Notes: generated from the sequence alone by a model not told the origin. A stretch of DNA of 64,000 nt from an uncultured Gemmatimonadales bacterium (GCA_963716255.1 OY970303.1:2048001-2112000); one strand, 5' to 3'; positions 1 to 10,005 are shown, numbered from the stretch's first letter. Numbers and translations are program-made.

Positions 1-1
1 C

Positions 2-73
2 GAACGCGGGATGAAAGGTGACCTCGTAACCGTCCTTGGTCACGGTCTTGTGCTCTTTGTGGTTGTCGGACAT
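2..73 (-). CDS. Hypothetical protein, N-terminal fragment running off the window start
   Basis: ATG at 73 with GGAG upstream; reads MSDNHKEHKTVTKDGYEVTFHPAF; not in the ORF track. Confidence 0.5.
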   Translation of the reverse strand, partial: MSDNHKEHKTVTKDGYEVTFHPAF

Positions 74-219
74 GGAGATCTCCGGATCTGTGGAGGTAGG
101 AGGTACTGCGGAGGAAAACAAAGTGCGGCTCCCGCCACGGAAACGCAAGGGCGAAAAGTCTTTTGGGCCGTGACTATCCGCCAGCGCGTGCATGCACGCG
201 GCACCCGTCCACGAAGCAG

Positions 220-252
220 CGGGGAGGGCCCCCGCGCGAAGGGCCCTCCCCG
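220..252. terminator. GC-rich hairpin, probable terminator
   Basis: CGGGGAGGGCCC / GGGCCCTCCCCG inverted repeat downstream of the 300..581 gene. Confidence 0.5.
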
Positions 253-299
253 TTTCACCTGTGCCTGCAACCCCGCACCGGGCGAGCGGCAGCTCCGTG

Positions 300-581
300 T
301 CAGCCGGACGGGAGGCGCCCCTGGCGGATGTGCCGGGCGCCCGCGGCCACCCCGGCGCCCACACCCGCCCCGAAGAGCACGGCGGTGCCGAGGCCGATGA
401 GGGGGAGGAGCGCCACGACCGGGACGGCCACGGCCGCCGCCGCGGCGCCGGCCAGCACCGGCACGCCCGCGCCCTGCACGGCATCCACGAAGCGCAGCTT
501 GCGGCGCACGAAGGCGCGCGCCTGGTAGAATCCGGCCGCGGTGCTCGCGCCGGTGATCGCAAGGCCGATGATTTCCAGCAT
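300..581 (-). CDS. Small hydrophobic membrane protein (93 aa)
   Basis: MLEIIGLAITG..., AGGA RBS, Ala/Gly/Val-rich hydrophobic segments. Confidence 0.7.
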   Translation of the reverse strand: MLEIIGLAITGASTAAGFYQARAFVRRKLRFVDAVQGAGVPVLAGAAAAAVAVPVVALLPLIGLGTAVLFGAGVGAGVAAGARHIRQGRLPSG

Positions 582-816
582 GTGCGTGTCCTGTTCGAGG
601 AGGTGACGACCTGATGTCTCTACGCGCCGGCACCGCTCCGGGTTTCGCGCCGGGCGGCTGGACCCGGAGCTTCCCGTGCGCGCACGACGCAGGCCAGCCC
701 ATCCGAGGACCCCTTCCGGGAGAGGCACGGACGAGGTCGGCGGGCTGACGGAGCCGCGCGCAGTTGGACAGGGTGCTGCACCGCCTGTCCTGCGGCGGCC
801 GCGCCGCCCTGGTCCG

Positions 817-1485
817 CTACCCGTCCGAGCCGGCGGACGGCGGACGCGGGCGGCGCATGCACCAGGTGGTCATGCAGCGGAGCCCGCCCACGTTCACCGT
901 GCGGAGCGGCTCCACCGCTTCGCCGCCCAGCCGGGCGGCGGCGGCGGCCAGCATGGCCCCGTCCGCCAGGAAGCGCTCCGTGCCGTCCGGGAGGAGGAAG
1001 CGCCGCCCGCCCAGCGGGCGCACCCGGTCCTCGATCCCCATGTCCGTGGCGAGCCGCACGAAGAACAGTCCTCCCGGGCGCAGCACGCGCCACATCTCCG
1101 CCAGCATGGCGTCGAAGTGCTCCGGGTCGCGGGCAAAGTGCAGCACCGCGCTGCTGAGCACCGCGTCGAACGACGCGTCGGCGAAGGAGGTGCGCTCCAC
1201 CGGCTCCACCCGGAAGCCGCCCGCGGGGAGTGCCGGGGCGAGCTCCGCGGCCAGGCGGCGCACCTCCTCCACCGCCCCGGGGGCCAGGTCCACGGCGCAC
1301 ACCTCGAACCCCGCGCGCAGCAGGTAGGCCAGGTTGCGCCCGCGTCCGCACCCCGCGTCCAGCACCCGCATCCCCGGGGCGAGGCGTCCCTTGAGGATCT
1401 GGTCGAACAGGTACACGTCGATGTCGCCCAGCCAGGCGCGCAGCTCCGCGGGCGACGGCGCCGAGCGTACCGGTCCCCCGCTCAC
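817..1485 (-). CDS. Class I SAM-dependent methyltransferase
   Basis: VLDAGCGRG motif I; SFDAVLS and RVLRPGG motifs. Confidence 0.9.
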   Translation of the reverse strand: MSGGPVRSAPSPAELRAWLGDIDVYLFDQILKGRLAPGMRVLDAGCGRGRNLAYLLRAGFEVCAVDLAPGAVEEVRRLAAELAPALPAGGFRVEPVERTSFADASFDAVLSSAVLHFARDPEHFDAMLAEMWRVLRPGGLFFVRLATDMGIEDRVRPLGGRRFLLPDGTERFLADGAMLAAAAARLGGEAVEPLRTVNVGGLRCMTTWCMRRPRPPSAGSDG

Positions 1486-1489
1486 AGCC

Positions 1490-2623
1490 TCATCCCCCCG
1501 CGGAGCCGGCCAGGGAAAACAGGTCGGCGTAGACGCACCCGCCCGGCGCCTTGCGCGCCTCGGACGGGGAGTCGTACACCACCAGAACCGCCGTGTCGCG
1601 GCCGGGCGCGCGGAACAGCGTGATCCCCTCCGCGTGGTCCACCCCGTCGCCGTGGGGCACGTGCATCACCTTTTCCAGCCGCTCCCCCCGCACCAGCGAC
1701 TCTCCTTCCGGCGCGGCGCCTCCCTTCCAGCGGCACAGGACGACCGGCCCGCTCAGCGCCAGGGTGGGACCGGCGAGCAGCAGCAGGTCCGGCCCGTCGG
1801 TGGACAGCTCGCGGATCCCCAGCCCCCCCACGTCCAGGAAGTGCTTGCGGTACCGGCGCCCGCCCGGGCCGATCTTCTTCAGCCTGAGCAGCCCCGGCTC
1901 GTCCGTCTCCGCCGGCTCCACCTCCAGCAGCACCGCCCAGCCGCGCAGCACCGGTCCGCGCAGCCCCAGGAAGACGCGGTCCCCCGCCACCGTGAGCCCT
2001 TCCACGTTGAAGCCGTTGTCCTTGTCCGGCAGTCCCATGAAGGGGGAAAGGTGCGGATCGTCCGCGAGCGACTTCATCAGCTGGCTGCGGCGGCCGTCGC
2101 CCCTGACCCGCGCGGCGGTCAGCGTCCGCAACGGGTCCGCCGGGTCGGCGCAGCTCCGCACCGGCGTGTACCCGCCGGTAGCGGCGTCGCGGGACAGCGG
2201 CACCCGGGCAAGAAGGTAGCGGTTGGGCTCATACACGGACTTCGCCAGCCGGGCGATCTCCTTCGCCGGGTCGTCCGCCTCCGGGTCGGGCTTCCTGCGC
2301 TTCACCCCGTGCGAGCCCGTGATCCACAGGTACGGCTCGCGGTACTCCATCCCCTCCACGTCCACCTCCGCGTCCCCGCTCGGGAGGTCCAGCAGCTCCG
2401 CCAGCGGAAACGCGCCGTCCTGCCGGAAGCGGTCCTGCCCCACGGTCATGCGGATCAGCCCGGCGCCCTCGTCCGTGGCGACGAAAAGGTTGGGGCCCAC
2501 CCGCACGCCCACCGACAGCCCGTCGCGGACATCCTTGCCGTCGGAGAGCGGGGTCGTCACGTCGCCGAAGTCCAGGAGGACGCGGCGCGGGGTCGCGGGC
2601 CTTTCCGAGCCGAAGATCTGCAC
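1490..2623 (-). CDS. DUF3616 family protein
   Basis: DVEG..LWITGSH and KDNGFNVEGL...LGLRGPV motifs; GTG start chosen from GGAGG RBS (track start 2674). Confidence 0.8.
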   Translation of the reverse strand: MQIFGSERPATPRRVLLDFGDVTTPLSDGKDVRDGLSVGVRVGPNLFVATDEGAGLIRMTVGQDRFRQDGAFPLAELLDLPSGDAEVDVEGMEYREPYLWITGSHGVKRRKPDPEADDPAKEIARLAKSVYEPNRYLLARVPLSRDAATGGYTPVRSCADPADPLRTLTAARVRGDGRRSQLMKSLADDPHLSPFMGLPDKDNGFNVEGLTVAGDRVFLGLRGPVLRGWAVLLEVEPAETDEPGLLRLKKIGPGGRRYRKHFLDVGGLGIRELSTDGPDLLLLAGPTLALSGPVVLCRWKGGAAPEGESLVRGERLEKVMHVPHGDGVDHAEGITLFRAPGRDTAVLVVYDSPSEARKAPGGCVYADLFSLAGSAGG

Positions 2624-2718
2624 CGTCGCCTCCGGGGCACTGGGTGGGGGCACTGTCCGTTCGCGTCTCAACACGAACCGTGCCGGGTGGAGACGAACTG
2701 GCCTTCAACGGCTGGTTT

Positions 2719-2844
2719 GGGCGTGCCCCCGGCTGGCGCCGGGGTCGGGCTTCGGCTCCGTAGGGCTGCAAACAACGCAGCCCAACGGAGTCGAGCCCCG
2801 CAAACTGCGCGGGTCTCGCCCCTTCGGGCCGAAATCCCTCACGC
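2719..2844 (+). repeat. Structured dispersed repeat, module A, copy 1
   Basis: GGGCGTGCCCCCGG...GAAATCCCTCACGC; aligns with 7 other full copies. Confidence 0.95.
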
Positions 2845-2902
2845 GATGGGCCCCCTCCCCCCGGCCCCCTCCCCCGCAAGCGGGAGAGGGGGAGAACTAC
2901 GA

Positions 2903-3076
2903 CGACACGGCTGCTGCCGTTGTCGTTGGGATCTGCGCCGGGAGGTCGGGGGAGGGTCCGCAAACGGTGCGTTTGTTCGAAGCCAGCGTGGTCCCGCCCC
3001 TCGCTCGGGCGGTGGGCGAGTGCTCTGCGAGTCCCTTCGGGTGTCGCACTGCCGGAGGAGCCTGCCCCGGCCGACC
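2903..3076 (+). repeat. Repeat module B, copy 1
   Basis: Aligns with the reverse complement of 37008..37176. Confidence 0.9.
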
Positions 3077-3210
3077 ACAAACACCAGAGCCCGCCGAAGC
3101 GCGCCGTCGTTGCAGGCGCCGGGCAAAAGCTCCGGAACGCGAAGAAGGGCCGCCGCAGCGACCCTATTTCACAACCACGGACGGGGCTCAGCGTCACCGC
3201 GTCAGTGCGG

Positions 3211-3987
3211 TTACGCGGCGGCAGCCTCGCGGCGCACGGCGAGCCAGCCGCGCAGGCGGAAGACGACGATCGCGGCCGCTCCCGCCAGCATCGCCCAGCC
3301 GAAGACCAGGTCCATCGCGCCGGAGCGGCCGGCCTCCTTCACCACCTGGTCGAAGGGCATGGGGGAGATCACGAAGGGAGCTCCCTCCGGCGCGTCCAGC
3401 ACCGGCTGGCCCTCCACCATCTTCACCGTGCCGTGGATGGTCACCTCCTGGAGCTGGCCGATGGCGCGCACCGACAGGTCCGCGTCGCCGCGGTCCGGCA
3501 GGCCGGCGAACACGTCCGTGGGCACCAGCGACGACGCCCCGGCGGGGAGCCGGCCGCCCGCGCCCATCCGGCCGCTGAAGCGCTCGGGGACGAAGCGCAG
3601 GTCCACCGCGTCCGGGACGATCCCCACCGCCTCGTCGCCGTCCACCGCGATCAGCGTGGTGGGCGCGTACTGCGCGAAGTCGGTGATCGTCTCGTCCTCG
3701 CGGTCCGCACCCACCCCGGACGATTCCTCGTGCGTGACGGTGACCGCCTGGAAGGCCAGCGCCTCGCCGCCGGGCGCCCGGAGCGCCGGCACGCCCCGCA
3801 GCTTCGCCTTCACCCGCACGTTCCTGTCCGCGTGCGCCGCCAGCTCCGACAGCTTCACCACCGGCGCCTCCGACAGCCTGCGCTCTCCGGAGCCGGAGGC
3901 GAGCAGGTTCGTGCCGAACACCGCCAGCAGCAGCACCACCCCCGCCGTCAGCAGGAAACCGAGCACGCCGCCCATCATCTTCTTCAT
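3211..3987 (-). CDS. Hypothetical membrane protein with N- and C-terminal TM helices
   Basis: MKKMMGGVLGFLL... start inside track ORF 3211..5109; GAGGG RBS. Confidence 0.75.
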   Translation of the reverse strand: MKKMMGGVLGFLLTAGVVLLLAVFGTNLLASGSGERRLSEAPVVKLSELAAHADRNVRVKAKLRGVPALRAPGGEALAFQAVTVTHEESSGVGADREDETITDFAQYAPTTLIAVDGDEAVGIVPDAVDLRFVPERFSGRMGAGGRLPAGASSLVPTDVFAGLPDRGDADLSVRAIGQLQEVTIHGTVKMVEGQPVLDAPEGAPFVISPMPFDQVVKEAGRSGAMDLVFGWAMLAGAAAIVVFRLRGWLAVRREAAAA

Positions 3988-4046
3988 CGTACGTTCCCTC
4001 AAGGTGAAGTTCCCGCGCGGGCGCCCTCCGCCCGCGGCGCACCGCC

Positions 4047-5192
4047 TCACGCCGTGCCCGCGTCCCGCAGCGAGCCGATGCGCGCCACCAGTTCCCCCTC
4101 GCGCGCGGCGTCCAGCTCGTCCCCGCGGGTGATCCCCCGCCCCACGCGCCAGCGGTGGAAGGCGAGCTCGCTCACCGCCTGGTGGAGCTCCCGGTGGCGG
4201 CGCCAGGCGCGCAGCCCGCCCCGGCGGAGCGAGCGGGCGGAAGCCTTCATCCTCCCGCGCACCGTGCACATGTGGTCCAGCTCCCCCGCGGCGATCACAC
4301 CCGTCGCCACGTACGGCTCCAGGTTGGCGTGGATCATCCGCCCCTCGCGACGCAGCGACCAGGCGACGAGTCCCACCACACCCAGGAAGATGGGAACCAT
4401 CACCAGGAAGTAGACGGCGAAGAAGACATCGGTGCTGGCGGCCAGGTTCCAGGTCGCGTGGAGCAGCATGGCGAGGCAGAAGCCCGCCGCCGGCGCGAAG
4501 AAGCGTACCGTCCCCCCGTTCCGCTCCCGCGCGATCCCCAGCCCGATCCCCGTCATGGCGGTGAAGAAGGGGTGCGCGAAGGGGGCGAGCATGCCGCGTA
4601 CGACGAAGGTGGCCACCGAGCTGTCGATCCCCTGGGCCAGCGCGTTCCCGTAGTACAGCACGTTCTCCGTCATGGCGAAGCCCAGCCCCACCATGGCCGC
4701 GTAGACGATGCCGTCGGTGACGTTGTCGAACTCGTCGCGGTAGCGCGAAAAGAAAACGAAGAGCACCAGCCCCTTGGTGAACTCCTCCACCAGCGGCGCC
4801 GAGACCACCGAGCCGGCCAGCCCCGCGGCCTCCTCGCCCAGCGCCCCCGCCAGCGACAGCTCGAAGAACGAGTTCACCAGCATGGAAAAGAACACCGCCC
4901 CCGCCGCGCCCCAGACGAAGGCGCGCACCAGCAGCCCGCGCGGCTCGGCCTCGAAGCGGTCCAGCCACAGGGCGACCGCCACGTAGATGGGCACCGGGAG
5001 GGTGGCCAGCAGCAGTCCCACGGCGAACCCCACGGTGCCGGTCTCCGCCGCGATCAGGAGAAAGGTGAGGACCCCGAAGGTGGCGACGGCCTTGCGCCGC
5101 CCCGTCCACCAGCGCGTGCGCGCCGGGGCCGCAGGCGGGGCGGCGGGGAGGTCCTGCGGGGGGTCGGTGTGCGCGGTCAACTGTGCCTCCAT
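4047..5192 (-). CDS. PrsW family intramembrane glutamic/metalloprotease
   Basis: APLVEEFTKG (EExxK), GLGFAMTEN and two conserved His (AHPFF, LHATWN); multiple TM helices. Confidence 0.9.
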   Translation of the reverse strand: MEAQLTAHTDPPQDLPAAPPAAPARTRWWTGRRKAVATFGVLTFLLIAAETGTVGFAVGLLLATLPVPIYVAVALWLDRFEAEPRGLLVRAFVWGAAGAVFFSMLVNSFFELSLAGALGEEAAGLAGSVVSAPLVEEFTKGLVLFVFFSRYRDEFDNVTDGIVYAAMVGLGFAMTENVLYYGNALAQGIDSSVATFVVRGMLAPFAHPFFTAMTGIGLGIARERNGGTVRFFAPAAGFCLAMLLHATWNLAASTDVFFAVYFLVMVPIFLGVVGLVAWSLRREGRMIHANLEPYVATGVIAAGELDHMCTVRGRMKASARSLRRGGLRAWRRHRELHQAVSELAFHRWRVGRGITRGDELDAAREGELVARIGSLRDAGTA

Positions 5193-5202
5193 GGCGGATC
5201 CT

Positions 5203-6366
5203 CTACTCAGCCGACGGTTCGCGGGGAACGGGGACGAGAGCCGGAGCCGCCGCGGCGGCCAGGACGCGGCGGCGCGCCCGGACGGCGGCCGCCTGGACCG
5301 CGGCCGTGCCCACCAGCAGGAGCGCGGGGGCGAGCAGGACGGCGAAGAAGAACAGGCCGTACCCGTATCCGCGGTTGGAATGGGGCCCCGCCGCCTTCCG
5401 CACCATGTCGGGGACCACGGCGAGCCCCAGCGTGACCACCAGGCTCCACGCCAGCGAGAGCGGGACGCCCGGCAGGAGGGCCCACCCGGCGCCCCTGCCG
5501 CGCCGCGCGAGGCGGCCGCCGAGCCAGCGTCCCGCGCGCACCAGCAGGAACAGCCCCAGCGCGGACAGGACGAGCCACCCCGCCCAGTACGGCGCGGGGT
5601 CCGGGTCGCGGGGGCGCACGGTGAGCGCCAGGGCGTCCGCGGGGACCCCGTCCCAGCTCCCCACCAGCGCGCTGCCCTCGCGGCGCAACGCCGGCAGGGA
5701 GGCGGCGTGCCAGCCGCGGGGGAGCTCCACCCGTACGTCCACCCCGCCGAAGCCGGCCCATTCGCGCGCCGGGGCGAGCACGTAGGCGAGCTGCTGCGCG
5801 GCCGTGATCCGGTCCGCGTCCACGTACACCGACGCGGTGGCCGGGTAGCGGACCCGGATCTCGTGGCGCCCGGGAGCGAGCGTCACCCGGAAGGAAAGCG
5901 TCCCCTCGCCCTTCACCTCGTACGCCAGCGGTCCGTCGCCGTCCAGCGCCGGGGTGGCGCCGGGGACCCGCCACGACGGCGGGAGCGATTCCGCGGCCCC
6001 CGGGGTGCTGGCGACCGGCCTTCCGTCCACCCACACGCCGTGCTCCCCCGGGGCGAGCGCGGCGGCCACGAACACCAGCTCCAGAGTGCGCGCCGGCCCG
6101 TCGCTGCGCACCCGGTACACGGCCTCCACGCGCGCGGGCTCGTCGTCGGCGAGCGGACGCAGGTCCATGCGGAGCCGCTCCCGCTCGATGAACACCTCGC
6201 GCAGCCCGCCGGAGGGCTCGCCCGCCGCACGGCCCGCCCGCGCGGGGCCGGTGTACGGCGCCGCCATGTTGGCCCGCGCCGAAGCGGCCGGGAGCGCGAG
6301 GAGCGCCGCCGCCAGCAGCGCCGCGGCCAGCCGGCGCGCCGGACGCCGCCGCTCAGGCGCGCGCAC
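5203..6366 (-). CDS. Exported/membrane hypothetical protein
   Basis: Signal peptide (ARA-N), soluble beta-rich region, three C-terminal TM segments. Confidence 0.75.
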   Translation of the reverse strand: MRAPERRRPARRLAAALLAAALLALPAASARANMAAPYTGPARAGRAAGEPSGGLREVFIERERLRMDLRPLADDEPARVEAVYRVRSDGPARTLELVFVAAALAPGEHGVWVDGRPVASTPGAAESLPPSWRVPGATPALDGDGPLAYEVKGEGTLSFRVTLAPGRHEIRVRYPATASVYVDADRITAAQQLAYVLAPAREWAGFGGVDVRVELPRGWHAASLPALRREGSALVGSWDGVPADALALTVRPRDPDPAPYWAGWLVLSALGLFLLVRAGRWLGGRLARRGRGAGWALLPGVPLSLAWSLVVTLGLAVVPDMVRKAAGPHSNRGYGYGLFFFAVLLAPALLLVGTAAVQAAAVRARRRVLAAAAAPALVPVPREPSAE

Positions 6367-7030
6367 GGCCCCCCGGGCGCAGGCGGCCCAGCAGCTCCAT
6401 CCCCGCCGCGAGCAGGCCGGGGATCTCCCCGGGCGCCGCGAGCTTCCCGGAGCGCCACAGGAAGATCTCCTCGCCCATCCCCTCGGCGCACCACCGGGTC
6501 TCGCCCTCGAAGAACCCGGTCACCGCCGCCGGGAAAGCGGCGCGCACCGCGGCCTCGTCCGGGCCGCGCAGCAGGCAGCGGCGCGAGAACTCCGGCCGGT
6601 CGGGAAAGTCGATGTCCCCGTAGCCGAAGACGCCGCCGATGCGGTGGAAGACGTTTTCCGGGCGCACCGAGAACTCCGGGAGCGCGAGCGGCGCCGAGCG
6701 CAGGTACACGACGCTCTGGCGGTAGACGCTCTGCGACTTGCCGGCCCCGATGATGAACTGGTAGTCGAAGGCCGCGGCCCGCACGCCGCCCTTTTCCCCG
6801 GCGATGAAGTTGCGGATGGACCGGGAGTGCCCCTGCCCGAAGAGCCCGAAGCGCTCCAGCCCGGGGATCACCTCCAGCGGCTGCTCCGCCGTCCAGCTCC
6901 AGCCCAGCGCCCGCGCGGCCTCCTCCATCCCCCGGTTGCGCTCGCGCACGCGGCGCCGGGCCCAAGAGATCAGCCCCACCACCGCGGCGGCGACCAGCAG
7001 AAACGGCGTCAGCAGCGGCAGGAACTCCAT
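6353..7030 (-). CDS. Single-TM hypothetical protein
   Basis: MEFLPLL... N-terminal TM; overlaps the next gene's start. Confidence 0.75.
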   Translation of the reverse strand: MEFLPLLTPFLLVAAAVVGLISWARRRVRERNRGMEEAARALGWSWTAEQPLEVIPGLERFGLFGQGHSRSIRNFIAGEKGGVRAAAFDYQFIIGAGKSQSVYRQSVVYLRSAPLALPEFSVRPENVFHRIGGVFGYGDIDFPDRPEFSRRCLLRGPDEAAVRAAFPAAVTGFFEGETRWCAEGMGEEIFLWRSGKLAAPGEIPGLLAAGMELLGRLRPGGRARA

Positions 7031-7226
7031 CGTGCGACTCCGGGTGAGGGCGTCAAGCGGGCGGGGGGAGCGCACGGAGCGCACGGAGGGGGGATCGGGC
7101 AGCGTCCGGGACGGGCGCCGCGTGGGGCGGGCGGAGCGCGCCGGGGGCAGGAGCGCCCCCGACGGAAGGACCGGCAATATAAACAGGCAATTCCGCGAGG
7201 GGCCAGCCCCCGCGCGGGATCCGGCC

Positions 7227-7901
7227 TCAGTCCGAGCTGCCCACGTCGCTCTGCTCCTTGCGGCGCGCCAGCGCGGAGCCGATGTGCTTCTTGAGGAGCA
7301 GCCACACCTCGGGGCGGCTGCGCTCGCACTCGTCCAGGAGGCGGCGCACCGGGTCGGCGGGCTGCTCGCGCAGCAGGTCCGGAGTGCCGGCGGCCAGGCG
7401 GTACACGTAGGAGGTGAAGAACTTGAGCTTCTTGACCTCGTCGCGCTCCAGCACCCCCCGCCGGAAGAGCCCCGCCCGTACGCGGTCCAGCACGTCCTCG
7501 GCGGGGTACGAGGTGTCCATCTCCAGCATGTCGTGGATCACGTCGTCCACCTCCCGGGTCCCCGTGCCCAGGGCGGCGCGGAACCCCGCCTCCAGCGTCC
7601 GTTCCGGCGCCGCGGCGCCCCCGGCCGCCTCCACGAACAGCGTCTGCCGCGACATCAGCCCGAAGAGCACCTTCTTGGCGCGCGCCTCCAGGCGGATCCC
7701 CCCCGCCTGCTCGCTCCCCAGCACCAGCGCCGCGAGCGCCGCCTCCGCCAGCTGGTCGGTGGACACCTTCTTGTCGGCCGTGAGCAGCTCCGTCTTGCCG
7801 CGCAGCATCCCCGCCTCACCGGCGAAGCGGTCGCCGTGCAGCAGCACGGTCTCGCTGGGGGTCAGTCGGATGGAGGCAGCGTCGGGCTGGACCTGGGACA
7901 T
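7227..7901 (-). CDS. Hypothetical protein, possibly GPP34/GOLPH3-like
   Basis: MSQVQPD...; pattern VRAGLFRRGVLERDEVKKLKFF..Y loosely resembles the GPP34 C-terminal motif. Confidence 0.6.
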   Translation of the reverse strand: MSQVQPDAASIRLTPSETVLLHGDRFAGEAGMLRGKTELLTADKKVSTDQLAEAALAALVLGSEQAGGIRLEARAKKVLFGLMSRQTLFVEAAGGAAAPERTLEAGFRAALGTGTREVDDVIHDMLEMDTSYPAEDVLDRVRAGLFRRGVLERDEVKKLKFFTSYVYRLAAGTPDLLREQPADPVRRLLDECERSRPEVWLLLKKHIGSALARRKEQSDVGSSD

Positions 7902-8303
7902 GGATGGCACCTGTGTGGTTGAGGATACGCGCGGCCGGCGGGCGCGCGCCCGCCGGCCCGGATGTCGGGTACGCCGGGGGTCCGGACGCCCGGAGCGGGC
8001 GTCAGGGACCGGAGCGAGCGGGGCGTGGCGGATTGCGGTGGACGACGTCGCGGCGCGCGGACGGGAGCGTCCGGCCCCGGGAAGGGAGCGTACGAGGAGG
8101 CATCGACGAAGTGCTCGGCTCACGTTCGGCGGCTGGCCGATCTCCCGGAGGAGACGCCCGGCTCTGCGGCCCCGGCTCGCGCCGGGTGTGCTCTTGTCGG
8201 GTGATTCCGCAGCGGTGCTGCAGGACGCAGGAAAATGCGTTTACGGGCGGGGGTTTGGCAAGTGAGGGCGGGAGATGTTGGAACGAGGTGAGCGGGAGGG
8301 TTC

Positions 8304-8395
8304 GGGCGTGCCCCCGGCTGGCGCCGGGGTCGGGCATCGCGCCGGCGTCCGCGAGGGTGGGCCCCCTCTCCCCCGCAAACGGGGGAAAGGGGGGG
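8304..8395 (+). repeat. Internally deleted module A joined to the linker and a REP-like palindrome
   Basis: First 32 nt of module A fused to ATCGCGCCGGCGTCCGC, then CCCCCTCTCCCCCG...GGGGGAAAGGGGGG. Confidence 0.85.
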
Positions 8396-8436
8396 AACCG
8401 CACGGCATCCCTGCCTTCAGCGCCCCGCGTCCATGG

Positions 8437-10005
8437 TCAGCGGATCTCGGTGATCCGCCCCTCCACCGTGGGCGCGATGCTCTCGCCGCGCGCGAAGGCC
8501 GCCGACAGCGCGTCGAACACCATCAGGCGGACGTCCGGGCCGGGCGGCACCGTCATGATCGCCCGGTCCTTGAAGTGGTACCCGTCGCCCCCGCCGAACA
8601 AGTAGTCGGGCACCGCCACGGTGTAGACCCGGTCGTCGGCGAGCGGCGCCCAGCCTTCGCCCTGCTGCACCTCTATCTTCGTCACCCGCTCGCCCGCGCG
8701 TTTCGAGCGGTCGAAGGTGAAGCGCAGCCCGGACACCTGGAGAAAGCGCCCCTCGCCGCGCCCGCCGGACACCCCCTGCTCCAGCACGTACTGCCTGAGG
8801 TCGCGCCCCCGCAGCCACACCAGCCCCACCCGCGTGGGGAAGCCGAAGGTGCGCGCCAGGTGCTCCCAGCGGATGGGCCCCTGGAAGGTGTCGTCGATGC
8901 GGATGGCGCCGCCGTTGAGCACCGCCACGTCCGCCGGGACGTCCGGGAAGGCGCCCCGCATCACGTCCGCCAGGTAGTTTCCCCAGCTGCTCTCCGCGTC
9001 GCGCACCGTCTCCTCGGCGCCGTCCAGCGGCGTCGCCGACGCGCCGATCTGCGCGTCGAAGAAGGGCACCTTCTCCCGGATCTCCCTGCGGTAGCGGTCC
9101 ACCACCTGCGCCTGGTACGCCGGGTCCACGGGGATGGAGGCATCCACGACCACCGAGTCGGCGCTCACCACGGGCGTCCCGCCGCGGCGCGAGAACGCCA
9201 CCCGCCAGACGCGGCGGGCGTTGGAGTCGCCCTTGGTGATCAGCGCGGAGCTGTCGGTGGCCGGGTCGTGGATCAGGTAGTGCTCGTGCCCGCCGGCCAC
9301 CCACAGCAGCCGCGGGTGCGTGCGCTTGAGCGCGGCGATGCGGCGGTCCTGCTCCAGGCTCAGGTGCGTCAGCGCCACGATGGCCTCCGCGCCGCGCTGC
9401 TCCAGTTCGCGCATCCTGCGGTCGGCGACGGCGACCACGGCGGTGTCCGCCTGCGCGTAGTCGCGCGGCGAGTCCAGGAAGGTGACGCTGAAGACCCCCA
9501 CCCTCATCCCGCCTACGACCACGATGGTGTCGGGGATGAAGCGCCGGTCCGCGGCCGCGTCGCCGGTGCTCAGGCGGACGTTGGCGGCCAGCCAGGAGAA
9601 GCGCGAGGCGTTGATCGCCCCGGCGAGCATGGCCGGACGCCGCTCGTCGAACTCGTGGTTGCCGGGGACGGCGAGCAGCAGCGCCCGCGCGTGCAGGAAG
9701 TTGAGCGCGTCGATCATCTGGATGCCGGCGAAGTAGCGGCTCTCCAGCGACGGCGCGATGAAGTCGCCCGCGTGCAGGATCATCACCGGCGCGCGCGTAT
9801 CGCGCCGGGTCCGCTCCGCCAGCGTGGCGATGCGCCCCAGCCCGCCGCGCCGGCCGTTCTCCACCGCGTCGATGCGGTACACGTCGTTGAGCTGGATGAC
9901 CGAGAACGCCGGCCTCCCCTCCTGCGCCCGCGCCCCGGTGGCGAGGGCGAGCAGGGCGGCGGCGGCGAGCGCGCGCCGGGCGGCGGTGCGAAGCGGCTGA
10001 AGCAT
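8437..10005 (-). CDS. Bifunctional metallophosphatase/5'-nucleotidase, secreted
   Basis: LNDVY, AGDF, GNHEFD, ALTH, GGHEH motifs; C-terminal NGGAIR and QVSGL; signal peptide. Confidence 0.92.
   Translation of the reverse strand: MLQPLRTAARRALAAAALLALATGARAQEGRPAFSVIQLNDVYRIDAVENGRRGGLGRIATLAERTRRDTRAPVMILHAGDFIAPSLESRYFAGIQMIDALNFLHARALLLAVPGNHEFDERRPAMLAGAINASRFSWLAANVRLSTGDAAADRRFIPDTIVVVGGMRVGVFSVTFLDSPRDYAQADTAVVAVADRRMRELEQRGAEAIVALTHLSLEQDRRIAALKRTHPRLLWVAGGHEHYLIHDPATDSSALITKGDSNARRVWRVAFSRRGGTPVVSADSVVVDASIPVDPAYQAQVVDRYRREIREKVPFFDAQIGASATPLDGAEETVRDAESSWGNYLADVMRGAFPDVPADVAVLNGGAIRIDDTFQGPIRWEHLARTFGFPTRVGLVWLRGRDLRQYVLEQGVSGGRGEGRFLQVSGLRFTFDRSKRAGERVTKIEVQQGEGWAPLADDRVYTVAVPDYLFGGGDGYHFKDRAIMTVPPGPDVRLMVFDALSAAFARGESIAPTVEGRITEIR

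Noticed and set aside
2726..2760. Superficial likeness of CGGCTGGCGCCGGGG to HDV-like ribozymes
   Set aside because: I could not build the nested double pseudoknot by eye, and the 57709 copy changes this segment as a simple hairpin. No hammerhead core is present either. Only an assay would exclude self-cleavage.
2975..2984. GTTCGAAGCC resembling a tRNA T-loop
   Set aside because: No T-stem, acceptor stem or cloverleaf around it.
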